From an uncultured Candidatus Saccharibacteria bacterium (GTDB taxonomy: Bacteria; Patescibacteriota; Minisyncoccia; Phycocordibacterales; CAIRYW01): a stretch of 64,000 nt of DNA. The notes beneath the pieces were generated by a model. It worked only from the letters and a program-made list of their open reading frames with translations, had not been told where the DNA came from and searched no databases. The translations under genes and the position numbers were made by a program. Location of the stretch: the NCBI GenBank assembly GCA_964446625.1, contig CAYUPH010000002.1:5743-69742 (forward strand), in the 5' to 3' direction. Shown piece by piece: positions 37,812-47,222 of the stretch. Positions within the stretch are counted from its first letter, which is position 1; each line of letters begins with the position of its first letter.

Positions 37812-40800
37812 TTATTTAGAATTTTCTGATTCCTCATCATTCGACCTGTTGAGCTCGATATCAAGAGCAAGACCTCTAATGTTTGAAAGAAGAACATTGA
37901 AAGAAGCTGGTGAATTTGGATTTTCAATTCTTTCTCCTCGAACGATTGAGTCAAAGGCAGCTGATCGTCCTGAAATATCGTCTGATTTTATCGTGAGCAT
38001 TTCTCGAAGCATATACGATGCTCCGTGTCCAAGAAGCGCCCACACCTCCATTTCTCCAAATCGCTGACCTCCACCTTGTGCTTTTCCTCCAAGAGGCTGC
38101 TGAGTAATAAGAGAGTACGGACCAATTGATCGCATGTGGATCTTGTCCTCCACCATGTGGTGAAGTTTTAGAATATACATATATCCAACTGAAATATCTT
38201 GATCGAAAGCGTCTCCTGTTCGTCCGTCATAAAGTTTCATTTTTCCAGTTTCTGAAAATCCTGCTTTCTTTAGTTCTTCTTTGATTTCCACATCTGTAGC
38301 TCCGGCAAACGGAGGAACGATTGCTTGGTATCCAAGAGCCTCAGCTGCAAGACCGAGGTGAAGTTCAAGAATCTGTCCAAGGTTCATACGGCTAGGTACT
38401 CCAAGTGGTGTAAGAACTACATCCACTGGTCTTCCGTCTGCCATGTATGGCATATCTTCTTCTGGAAGCACAACTGAGATAACTCCTTTGTTTCCGTGTC
38501 GTCCTGCAAGTTTGTCTCCAACAGAAACGTTTCGTAGTTGCGCTACTTCAATATGGATTCGTTTGATGATTCCGCTTTCGAGCTTGTCACCCTTTTCTCT
38601 TGAGAAAACTTTAACTCCAATGATTCGTCCTCGTTTTCCGTTCTCCATTCTCTTTGATGTATCTTTTACATCTCGAGATTTTTCTCCGAAGATAGATCGT
38701 AGAAGTCGTTCTTCTGGTGTGAGCTGTGTTTCTCCTTTTGGTGTAATTTTACCAACTAGAATGTCTCCCGGTCTTACTTCTGCTCCAATTCGGATTACTC
38801 CCTCTTCGTCGAGATTTCGTAGTTTTGACTCTCCTACGTTTGGAATGTCGTGAGTTGTAATTTCGGGACCAAGTTTTGTGTCTCGAACATTCACCACAAA
38901 TTCTTCAATATGAATTGATGTAAATTTACTGTCCTTAACAAGTCTTTCAGAAATAACGATGGCATCCTCGTAGTTTTGTCCGCTCCATGTCATGAAGGCA
39001 ACAAGACAGTTTTGTCCAAGCGCCATTTCTCCATCTACTGTTGTTGAACAGTCAACAAGTACATCTCCTTTCTTTACTTCATCACCAACTGACACAACTG
39101 GTCTCTGGTGGAAAGATGTAAATTGGTTTGTTCGTCTAAATTCTGTTAGCAGGTATTCTGCTTCTTTCTTTCCGTATTTTACTTTTACTTTTCGTGCGTC
39201 CGCCGCAGTCACAACTCCATCTTCTTCTGCAACAATTACTCGTCCTGTGTCAAAAGCAGCTTTCTTCTCAACTCCAGTTGCAACAAGAGGAGCTTCAGGA
39301 ATAACACAGGGTGTAGCTTGTTTCTGCATGTTTGAGGCCATGAGCGCTCGGTTTGCCTCGTCGTGGTTTAGGAAAGGAATCATAGAAGTTGCAACAGAAA
39401 ACGCTTGGTTTGTCGCAACGTCAATAAGGTTTACCTCGTTTCGGTTTACAAGGGCTGGTTTTCCTTTGATTCGTACTTCTACATCTTCGTCGATTATTTT
39501 TCCATCCTTGTCATACTTTGTTGCAGCGTGCGCAACAATGTACTCCTCTTCTTCAAGAGCGTTAAGATAAATAATTTCTTTTGAGATTTTTCCGTCCTTT
39601 ACTTTCGCATAAGGAGCTTCAATCATTCCAAAAGAGTTCACTCTTGCGTATGAAGAAAGGTGAAGCACAAGTCCAATGTTTGGTCCTTCTGGTGTGTGGA
39701 TTGGACAAATTCGTCCGTAGTGAGATGGGTGCACGTCTCGAACCTCAAAACCTGCTCGCTCTCGTGTGAGTCCTCCAGGACCAAGAGCAGAAACAGTTCG
39801 TAGGTGCTCAAGCTCTGTCAGCACGTTTTCTTGCTGCATAAACTGAGACAACTGGTTTGTTGTAAAGAATTCCTTGATTCGCGCTTGAAGAGGTCTAGGT
39901 GAAATAAGGTTAATTGGAAGAGTTGTATCTGTATCAATAGTCGACATTCGGTTTTGAATGTTTCTCTTGATTTGAGTCATACCAACTCGAATCTTTTGCT
40001 GAAGAAGCTCACCTACAAATCGCACTCGTCTTGAACCGAGGTGGTCAATATCGTCTGCGTTCGCGTTTGGATTTGAAACAAGTTCTCCTAGGTAAGAGAT
40101 AATTGTAACAAGATCATCAAAAGTAAGAGTCTTAACCGCAAGAGCTTTCTCGTCCATAGACTTAGAAAATCTCTTGTTAAATCGGTGTCGTCCTACTTTT
40201 GAAAGATCGTACCTCTCTTCATCAAAAAGACTAAGGACAAATTCTCTTGCATTGTCTACTGTTGCAAGGTCACCATCTCGAAGTTTTTTGTAAATTTCGA
40301 TAAATGACTCTTCAACTTTCTTTGTGTGGTCTTTTGCAAATGTTGATTCAACAAGCTTCTTTGCATCAGCGTTCCCTGCAAATTTTGAAACGATTTCTGC
40401 GTCGGTAAGTGAAGGATTGTCGCGGTAAGCAAGAGTTCGAAGAAGGCAAGATACTGGGAACTTTCGTTTTCGGTCAATTCGAACATAAAGGGTTCCATCT
40501 GTATCTGTCTCGATCTCTACCCATGCCCCTCGAGCTGGGATTACTTTTGCTCCGAACAGGCTTGCACCTTTGCTTGATTCTGTTGAAGTAAAGAAAACTC
40601 CAAAACTTCGAGCAAGCTGTGGCACAATTACTCGCTCAATACCGTTAATGATGAAAGTAGCATTTGAAGTCATGATAGGAAAATCAGCAATAAAGATTTC
40701 CTGCTCCTTTTCTGTCTGAAGAATCTTGTTCTTTAGCTTCACCATAATCTTAAGTGGGGCTTCGTAGTTCATCTTGTTCTCCATCGCATATCGCTCATCG

Positions 40801-41057
40801 TATTTTGCTTCTCCAAGCTCAAAACGCCCGAAAGAAAATTCAAATTTCTTTCCGGTAAAGTCGACGATTTTATTGAATTCATCGAAGACTTCTTTGAGGC
40901 CTTCAGAGAGAAGCCATTTGAACGAATTCGTCTGACCTTCAATTAGGTTTGGCAGATCCGTTAGTGGAGTCTTGTACTTACTAAAAAACTTTTTGTTTCG
41001 GGTATTTGCCGAAACACCGAGAGCATGCTTCTCGGCCTTTTCTATATTTTTTGGCAT
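37812..41057 (-). CDS. rpoB: RNA polymerase beta subunit
   Basis: GDKLAGRHGNKG, SRMNLGQ, GGQRFGEMEVWAL. Confidence 0.99.
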   Translation of the reverse strand: MPKNIEKAEKHALGVSANTRNKKFFSKYKTPLTDLPNLIEGQTNSFKWLLSEGLKEVFDEFNKIVDFTGKKFEFSFGRFELGEAKYDERYAMENKMNYEAPLKIMVKLKNKILQTEKEQEIFIADFPIMTSNATFIINGIERVIVPQLARSFGVFFTSTESSKGASLFGAKVIPARGAWVEIETDTDGTLYVRIDRKRKFPVSCLLRTLAYRDNPSLTDAEIVSKFAGNADAKKLVESTFAKDHTKKVEESFIEIYKKLRDGDLATVDNAREFVLSLFDEERYDLSKVGRHRFNKRFSKSMDEKALAVKTLTFDDLVTIISYLGELVSNPNANADDIDHLGSRRVRFVGELLQQKIRVGMTQIKRNIQNRMSTIDTDTTLPINLISPRPLQARIKEFFTTNQLSQFMQQENVLTELEHLRTVSALGPGGLTRERAGFEVRDVHPSHYGRICPIHTPEGPNIGLVLHLSSYARVNSFGMIEAPYAKVKDGKISKEIIYLNALEEEEYIVAHAATKYDKDGKIIDEDVEVRIKGKPALVNRNEVNLIDVATNQAFSVATSMIPFLNHDEANRALMASNMQKQATPCVIPEAPLVATGVEKKAAFDTGRVIVAEEDGVVTAADARKVKVKYGKKEAEYLLTEFRRTNQFTSFHQRPVVSVGDEVKKGDVLVDCSTTVDGEMALGQNCLVAFMTWSGQNYEDAIVISERLVKDSKFTSIHIEEFVVNVRDTKLGPEITTHDIPNVGESKLRNLDEEGVIRIGAEVRPGDILVGKITPKGETQLTPEERLLRSIFGEKSRDVKDTSKRMENGKRGRIIGVKVFSREKGDKLESGIIKRIHIEVAQLRNVSVGDKLAGRHGNKGVISVVLPEEDMPYMADGRPVDVVLTPLGVPSRMNLGQILELHLGLAAEALGYQAIVPPFAGATDVEIKEELKKAGFSETGKMKLYDGRTGDAFDQDISVGYMYILKLHHMVEDKIHMRSIGPYSLITQQPLGGKAQGGGQRFGEMEVWALLGHGASYMLREMLTIKSDDISGRSAAFDSIVRGERIENPNSPASFNVLLSNIRGLALDIELNRSNDEESENSK

Positions 41058-41223
41058 CTATATTTTACCAAATTAATTCTCCAAAACTCACAAAAAGAAA
41101 CAGCTATCCTTCACTTGGAGCTATTTCTGTTTGTGATGTCTCTTTTTTATTATTAAGGAGAAGAGTCTTATAATTTTCGCACGTGCCACTTCATACAAAA
41201 ACACAATCTTTATAGGCTTCGTG

Positions 41224-41252
41224 ATTATACCTTAGGGCAAAAAATAATGCAA
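41224..41252 (-). promoter_or_regulatory. Sigma70 promoter for rpoB operon
   Basis: TTGCAT-17 nt-TATAAT on the minus strand, giving a leader of about 160 nt. Confidence 0.65.
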
Positions 41253-41295
41253 GGGAAAGCTCTATACAAAACCCTCTAAAATACGGCTCAAAAGG

Positions 41296-41988
41296 CTACT
41301 TTCTATCCCTTTTTCTCCAAAGTTCGATTTCTGCGTGGTTTCCTGAGAGGAGAACCTTTGGTACTTTGTACTTTTTACCCTTCCAGAGGAGGACTTCCGG
41401 CCGAGTATAGACGACGCTCGACGCTACCCTTTCCTCTTCTCTGGAGTCAAAGTTTCCAAGAACTCCCTCAATTTGTCTCGAAATCGAATCAATCAAAATC
41501 ATCGCTGGAATTTCACCTCCGGTAAGAACATAATCCCCAATCGATATATCTTCCATTTTAAAGACTTTCTTTACTCGCTCGTCAATTCCCTCATACCTCC
41601 CACACACAAGAATAATATCGGTATACTTCTTCGAGGCTGATTTCGCATAATTTGTATCAAACTTTTTGCCGGTAGGTGAAAAGAAAACAATTTTTACCTT
41701 ACTCTTTTTTTGCTTCTCCCCTTTTGTAATTTTCTTAAAAATTGCCTCTAAAGCTCTTAGAACAGGCAATGCTTCTATTACCATACCTGGTCCTCCCCCA
41801 TACGGTTTATCATCAACTCGTAGATACGGCTTCTCCTTTTGCTTTTGAGACTTACTCGCTTTTGCAAAATCCCTAGGGTTGTAAAAACTTACCTTTATTT
41901 TCTTCTCTTTTATAGCACGCGCCAAAATCGACTCGGAAAGATACGAGCCGACAAGGTCCGGAAAAAGGGTGACAACATGAAATTTCAT
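41296..41988 (-). CDS. trmD: tRNA (m1G37) methyltransferase
   Basis: MKFHVVTLFP, VDDKPYGGGPGM, CGRYEGIDER, SIGDYVLTGGE; ATG at 41988. Confidence 0.97.
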   Translation of the reverse strand: MKFHVVTLFPDLVGSYLSESILARAIKEKKIKVSFYNPRDFAKASKSQKQKEKPYLRVDDKPYGGGPGMVIEALPVLRALEAIFKKITKGEKQKKSKVKIVFFSPTGKKFDTNYAKSASKKYTDIILVCGRYEGIDERVKKVFKMEDISIGDYVLTGGEIPAMILIDSISRQIEGVLGNFDSREEERVASSVVYTRPEVLLWKGKKYKVPKVLLSGNHAEIELWRKRDRK

Positions 41989-42020
41989 ACCGTGACTATA
42001 CAATAAAACAAGTAAAATGA

Positions 42021-42133
42021 GAAGGGGCGCAGCGGATGCTGCGCCCCTTTGGGCTTTTGTCTTTTTTCGGACTGGGCTAAACAGCCCGATAACAAACAAG
42101 AGCAGTGAGGGATGAAGCGCTTCCTCACTTTTT
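42021..42133 (+). ncRNA. Candidate small structured RNA
   Basis: TAAAAT at 42013-42018, then three consecutive hairpins, the last followed by T5. Confidence 0.3.
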
Positions 42134-42157
42134 CCTCATACAACCTACTCTTTCTCT

Positions 42158-42197
42158 AAACAAAAAACAAGTCCCTCTCGGGACTTGTTTTTTGTTT
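42158..42197. terminator. Terminator after khpA (18-bp perfect stem)
   Basis: AAACAAAAAACAAGTCCC-TCTC-GGGACTTGTTTTTTGTTT. Confidence 0.8.
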
Positions 42198-42206
42198 TTG
42201 AGATAT

Positions 42207-42533
42207 TTAGATGTGGAGGTCTTCCATAGCTTCGTCTACTGATTTCATTGCAGGAGAAGCAGATGGTGCTGATTCGCTTCGAGTGTACCCTTCTGGTTCG
42301 TTGATCTTTAGGTTTACTCGAGCATTGTTTTTCATTCCAACAACTCGTAGAAGTGTTCGGATTGCTTTCGCTGTGTTTCCTTGTCTTCCAATCACTTTAC
42401 CCATATCGCTTGGGTCAACAGTGAGGATAAGGAGAACTCCCATTTCATCTACTGTTCTTGTAATCTTTACTGCGTCTTTGTTATCGACGAGCGCCTTTAC
42501 GACATAATCTAGAAATTGTGCGTCTGATTCCAT
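42207..42533 (-). CDS. khpA: KH-domain RNA-binding protein KhpA/YlqC
   Basis: DMGKVIGRQGNTAKAIRTLL; follows rpsP. Confidence 0.92.
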   Translation of the reverse strand: MESDAQFLDYVVKALVDNKDAVKITRTVDEMGVLLILTVDPSDMGKVIGRQGNTAKAIRTLLRVVGMKNNARVNLKINEPEGYTRSESAPSASPAMKSVDEAMEDLHI

Positions 42534-42633
42534 GTTTTTCTTTTACTCACTAAACAGCTTATAAACGGGAATGGCCGAATACCTTTTCCCACCCCAAAAG
42601 TATATCACAAATGGGGTATGTACTCAAGAAAGA

Positions 42634-42936
42634 TTAAGCCTTAGCTTCTTCTTTTTTCTGAGGAGATTTTCGAGGAAGAACGTTTACTTTCTTACCTTCG
42701 ACAATGTTTTTTGATACGAGAAGATTGTGGACAGTGTGTGATACCTGAGCACCTTTTGAAATCCAGTACTTTACTTTATCAGCGTCAATCTGAGTATTCT
42801 TTTCAAATCGGAAATCATGGTTTCCAAGAACCTCTAGAAAACGACCACTTTTTGCGGCGTTCTTTGAGTCAGTCAAAACAAGCTTAAATGCTGGTTCGTG
42901 CTTTCGTCCTACTCTTTGTAATCTTATTTTTAGCAT
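42634..42936 (-). CDS. rpsP: 30S ribosomal protein S16
   Basis: MLKIRLQRVGRKHEP, YWISKGAQVS; ATG at 42936. Confidence 0.96.
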   Translation of the reverse strand: MLKIRLQRVGRKHEPAFKLVLTDSKNAAKSGRFLEVLGNHDFRFEKNTQIDADKVKYWISKGAQVSHTVHNLLVSKNIVEGKKVNVLPRKSPQKKEEAKA

Positions 42937-42977
42937 AGACGAAATACTATCAGAAAGGTGCGTTTTGGTCAAATACC

Positions 42978-45206
42978 CTACTTTGCCATAGCCTCTGCAG
43001 CTGCAAACTCAATCGAGAGCACCTTTGACACAGCATCCCTTCCCATAGTGACTCCATAGAGAACCCCAGCTCTGCTCATTGTTTCTCTATTGTGAGTAAT
43101 CACAATAAGCTCTGAGTGTTTTGCAAGAGACTCTACCATGTCCCCATATTTTCGAGAGTTTGATTCGTCGAGTGCCGCGTCTGTTTCATCGAGAATAACA
43201 AAAGGTGGCGGATTTACCTGCGAGATAGCAAAAAGGAGCGCAATCGAAGTAAGCGCTCTTTCACCTCCTGAAAGCATCATAAGTCCTTTTATTTTCTTGT
43301 GTGGAAGAGACACTTCAACTTCAAGTCCTTCCTCTACTTTTTCTTCAGGGTTTTCTACTTCCCCTTCTGGCAAGACAGATTTACGTCGACTGTTCGCTCT
43401 TACAACACTAAGCGATGCTTTTCCACCTCCAAACATTGCTGTAAAGAAAGTATGAAATTCACTATTGATTTTTTGCACCCCTTCTTTAAATTCTTTGTCG
43501 AGTCTCTCTGTTAGTTCTGCAATCATTCGCACAAGATCATTTTTTGCTTCTTCAAGGTCAACCAGTTCACGCGCAAGAAAGAGGTCTCTTTCTTCTGTTT
43601 CTTTAAATTCCTTTTCAATATCAGCACCTCCTGCAACCCCTGCTTCTTCTAGCCTAATTCGCAGTCTCTCAATATGCTTTCTTTTCTCTGCTTGCTCTGC
43701 TCGGTTTTTGCCATCATTTGTCACAAACTCTTCTTCAAATCGCAAAACCTCGACTCCACAAAGAGTTGATATGTCTCCAATGTCATTCTTTAAATTCACT
43801 TCATCCGTTTGAAGGAGTCTCTCTTCGCTCTCTAGTCTTTGCAGTGCATTTCTCGCTTCATTTTGTTTTGCGATAATTTCAAAAATTTTCTTTTCTGCTT
43901 CTCTGCTTTCATCTTTTGCTTTTTCTATCTCCTCTTTCTTTTGATTGTATGCCCGCAGAAGCGCCTCTTCTTCTTTTCGAACATCTTCAAGACTTACTTC
44001 AATTTGTGTTTTCTTTTCCTTTAATGCCGAGATTTCAACCTTTAGCGCCTGAAGAGAGCTTGATGGAGTACTATGTTTGTTTCTCTCAATAAAGTGTCGA
44101 ATAATTTTTTGAATATCAGCAATACAATTCTGAAGACTCTCTGCGTCGCGCTCTGCTCCACTTAATCTCTCGGCAACTTCTCTTTCAAGCTGTTCTACTT
44201 CTTTTAGTGACACAGTCTTTGACTCGTCCTCATGCAAAGCTTTTTCTTCTCTTTCCAAAGCTTTTCCCGAAAAAGAAATCTCTCCCTCAAGACGCCCAAG
44301 GTCCCGCACCAAAGAGTCCTTCCGTGTTCGCGCTTCTGAAAGCGAAGCTTCGAGTGAAAGGATTTCAGGTGTGCTTTCTCGGTCCTTTACTCCTGCTTCT
44401 ACCGCTTTTCGGGCAGCAAGGAGCTCGGTCTCAAGCACACGCAGTTCAAGCTCCGGTGCTTTCTTTTTGTTTTGTAAATTTTCTTTTGCCTCGCCAATGT
44501 AGAGCGACTCGATTTTAAAATATATCCTCGAAGCAGAAATAAGTTCCTCGCGCATTTGTCTCGATTTTTCTACTTTCTCTACCTGCTTTTTAAGAAAACG
44601 CAGGTGCGGAGCAATCTCACGCCTAAGGCTTTCTACTTGGCGAATATTTTCATCTGTCTTTTGAAGCTTTCGCTCGCTTTCTTCTTTTTTGTATTCGTAA
44701 ATTTTGATTCCAAGAGCGTCCTCTATCATTTCTCTTTTTTCTCTTGGACTTGCATGTAGAATTCGGTCGGCTTCACCTTGAGAAATAATATGGTGTCCTG
44801 AAGCTCCAATATTTGCCTGCGCTAGGAGCTCAGAAATGTCTTTTAGTCGAACTTTGCTTCCGTTTATTGCATACTCATTTGAACCATCTGAAAGCACCAC
44901 TCGCTCAATAGATACCTCGTCAAAATCCACCGCAAAAAGTTTTTGACTGTTATCGAACACAAGTTTGACGCCCGCCCTCGAAGAGCGGGGTGCTTCGCTT
45001 GACCCACTAAAAATAAGGTCCTCCCCTTTTTTTCCTCGCATACTTTTCATAGACTGTTCTCCCAGTACGAAACGAAAAGCTTCTGCGACGTTACTTTTTC
45101 CAGAACCATTTGGTCCAACAATAGCTGTAATTGGTGCAGTAAAATTTAAGACTGTTTTTCGTCCAAAAGATTTAAACCCTGTTATCTCGAGACTTTTGAG
45201 TGTCAT
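42978..45206 (-). CDS. smc: Short SMC-family ATPase (742 aa)
   Basis: GFKSF, GPNGSGKSN, ISQG, LSGGERAL, ILDETDAALDESN, VITH; rnc-smc synteny. Confidence 0.9.
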   Translation of the reverse strand: MTLKSLEITGFKSFGRKTVLNFTAPITAIVGPNGSGKSNVAEAFRFVLGEQSMKSMRGKKGEDLIFSGSSEAPRSSRAGVKLVFDNSQKLFAVDFDEVSIERVVLSDGSNEYAINGSKVRLKDISELLAQANIGASGHHIISQGEADRILHASPREKREMIEDALGIKIYEYKKEESERKLQKTDENIRQVESLRREIAPHLRFLKKQVEKVEKSRQMREELISASRIYFKIESLYIGEAKENLQNKKKAPELELRVLETELLAARKAVEAGVKDRESTPEILSLEASLSEARTRKDSLVRDLGRLEGEISFSGKALEREEKALHEDESKTVSLKEVEQLEREVAERLSGAERDAESLQNCIADIQKIIRHFIERNKHSTPSSSLQALKVEISALKEKKTQIEVSLEDVRKEEEALLRAYNQKKEEIEKAKDESREAEKKIFEIIAKQNEARNALQRLESEERLLQTDEVNLKNDIGDISTLCGVEVLRFEEEFVTNDGKNRAEQAEKRKHIERLRIRLEEAGVAGGADIEKEFKETEERDLFLARELVDLEEAKNDLVRMIAELTERLDKEFKEGVQKINSEFHTFFTAMFGGGKASLSVVRANSRRKSVLPEGEVENPEEKVEEGLEVEVSLPHKKIKGLMMLSGGERALTSIALLFAISQVNPPPFVILDETDAALDESNSRKYGDMVESLAKHSELIVITHNRETMSRAGVLYGVTMGRDAVSKVLSIEFAAAEAMAK

Positions 45207-45284
45207 GGTTATAAGTATAAAGGATTAAAGGGAAAGTAGAAATACACAGTTGCAAAATAGAGAAAAAGGAATAAAATCGGGTTT

Positions 45285-45497
45285 ATGAATAAACTCGCTC
45301 TTTTTAGAAAAACTGTCTGGGCAACCATCTCTCCGATCTGTAAAGATCCCGGCGCATGGCTTCTTACTTTCTCACTCGTTCTTGTAACGATTGATAAGTC
45401 GAGCTTACCAAGTCTTTTTGCACTCTCAACCTCCGTATTAGCACTCATCACTGAGATGATTGTTTTGGTAAGGCAAGAAGATGGAGCCAGTTCCTGA
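45285..45497 (+). CDS. Orphan small membrane protein
   Basis: Two hydrophobic stretches; TAAAAT 7 nt before ATG; terminator 45517-45540. Confidence 0.5.
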   Translation: MNKLALFRKTVWATISPICKDPGAWLLTFSLVLVTIDKSSLPSLFALSTSVLALITEMIVLVRQEDGASS

Positions 45498-45544
45498 TTC
45501 TCCAGAACCACCTTCTGCCTCCTGATCGGGAGGTTTTTTTATGT

Positions 45545-45574
45545 AAAAAGCCGGGGCACTTCGCGCCCCGGCTG
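45545..45574 (-). terminator. Terminator after rnc
   Basis: AAAAAGCCGGGGC/GCCCCGGCT. Confidence 0.7.
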
Positions 45575-45603
45575 TTGTTTCTTTTTACTTTCTACTTTTT
45601 TCT

Positions 45604-46290
45604 CTACCACCCCTTCGCTCCGAGTCCCTTTCTTGCCGCGTCTTGTTCTGCTTCTTGTTTGCTTTTTCCACTTCCTTCTGCAACACACTCCTCGCCTACG
45701 AAAACCGCAACTGTAAATTGTTTGTCGTGGTCTGGTCCATTTTCTCGAACAGTTTTGTATACAGGAGTTAGTCCCACTTCTTCTTGAGCTTTCTCTTGAA
45801 AGAAACTTTTTGCATCAATCCAAAGTCTCTTCTCTTCAATTTCTTCAAGCCGTGGAAGCAAAACTTTGTTTATAAATTTTTCTGCCTCCTCGTAACCTTG
45901 GTCGAGATAAATCGCACCAACAACAGATTCAAACGTATTTGCTAGTATGTATTGTCTCGCTCTCCCTTTGTCTTTTGCTTCACCTTTTGAAAGAAGTAGA
46001 AATTCATTAAATCCCAGCTCCAGAGAAATATCTGAAAGGATGTTTGAGTTTACAAGCGCAGATCGTAGTGCTGTCATTTCTCCTTCTGGTTTCTTTGGAT
46101 ATTTTTTGTACAAAAAGTCTGTGACAACAAGCTCTAAAACTGCGTCACCCAAAAACTCTAGTCTCTCGTTGTGCTCAAGACCAAGTCCTCTGTTTTCATT
46201 TAAATACGAACGGTGAGTAAAAGCTTTTTTTAGAAGCTCTTTGTTCTTAAATACTGTTGCTATTGTTTTTTCTATTACTTCAAAATCCAT
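45604..46290 (-). CDS. rnc: Ribonuclease III
   Basis: NERLEFLGDAVL; dsRBD GPDH..GSGKSKQEAEQDAA. Confidence 0.98.
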   Translation of the reverse strand: MDFEVIEKTIATVFKNKELLKKAFTHRSYLNENRGLGLEHNERLEFLGDAVLELVVTDFLYKKYPKKPEGEMTALRSALVNSNILSDISLELGFNEFLLLSKGEAKDKGRARQYILANTFESVVGAIYLDQGYEEAEKFINKVLLPRLEEIEEKRLWIDAKSFFQEKAQEEVGLTPVYKTVRENGPDHDKQFTVAVFVGEECVAEGSGKSKQEAEQDAARKGLGAKGW

Positions 46291-46295
46291 TTTCT

Positions 46296-47195
46296 CTATG
46301 CAGTTTTTGACGCCAAAAGACTAATTGCTTTTGTGACAATGGGGAGAATATCATCATAAAAATTTAGGTCAAGGATTTCATTTACTTTAAACCATTTTGC
46401 ATCGTCGAGGCCTCCTGACTCTCCAAGTGAAAGTTCAGTCATGTCTGCGCGAGCCAAAAAGTAGTTTACTTGCTTTCGGACTTTGCCTTTTTCTGGAAAA
46501 GTTGCGACATATTCATTTGAGCCAAGTTTATCTTCCGGAGTCACTTCTACTCCCATTTCTTCTTTTACTTTTCGAACAACTGCAAGCTCATCAGATTCGT
46601 CTGGTTCGTTGTGCCCCTTCGAAAGAGTCCAGTGTCCAAATACATCATGGACAAGTGCTAAGAAAATATCGTCTCCTTCACGAGCGTACACCACCGCCCC
46701 TACCAGCCTTTCAATTGGAAGAGACTCAAACGGAACCTCCTCCGCTTTTCGCTTTGAAGCCTGATCTTTTCCAGGCTCACCAAGCTCTTTGTATACCGCT
46801 CCCAAAACTCCGTTTACGAACTTTCCAGAAGTGTCTCCTCCGAAACTTTTTGCAAGCTCAATCGCTTCGTTAATCGCTACCTTTGGAGGAACTTGTGTTC
46901 TGTCAGCAAAGAGAAGCTCAAAAAGACCGATGCGGAGTACATTTCGGTCAACATTTGCAATCTTTTGAAGTGGCCAATCTGGGGCTGCTTTTTCAATAAT
47001 TCTATCGAGGTCAGGCTGTTTTTTTACAACACCCTCCGCAAGAGTTTTCATATATTCCGCGTCAGTTGAACCAGCAGCGAACTCAGAAATGTTCCGCTCT
47101 AGTGTCGGCAAAACCATATCAGATTTCTTTCCATTGAAATCCCACTCAAATATTGTTTGCAAAACGACAGACCTTGAAAGATGCCTATTGGCCAT
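46296..47195 (-). CDS. nusB: NusB fused to a Nudix-like domain
   Basis: RHLSRSVVLQ, DRNVLRIG, VAINEAIELAKSFG..KFVNGVLG; C-terminal HWTLSKG...VKEEMG. Confidence 0.93.
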   Translation of the reverse strand: MANRHLSRSVVLQTIFEWDFNGKKSDMVLPTLERNISEFAAGSTDAEYMKTLAEGVVKKQPDLDRIIEKAAPDWPLQKIANVDRNVLRIGLFELLFADRTQVPPKVAINEAIELAKSFGGDTSGKFVNGVLGAVYKELGEPGKDQASKRKAEEVPFESLPIERLVGAVVYAREGDDIFLALVHDVFGHWTLSKGHNEPDESDELAVVRKVKEEMGVEVTPEDKLGSNEYVATFPEKGKVRKQVNYFLARADMTELSLGESGGLDDAKWFKVNEILDLNFYDDILPIVTKAISLLASKTA

Positions 47196-47222
47196 AAAAG
47201 AACTTAAAGTAAATAAATTTAA

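Noticed and set aside
37849-39570. Plus-strand ORFs of 72-192 aa inside rpoB
   Set aside because: Antisense shadows caused by codon bias of a highly expressed gene
41989-42099. N-terminal extension of TrmD in the ORF track (similar extensions for typA, gyrB, rpsP, dgkA, DedA-PAP2, TspO)
   Set aside because: Family homology begins at the downstream Met, which in most cases has a -10 box 6-7 nt upstream
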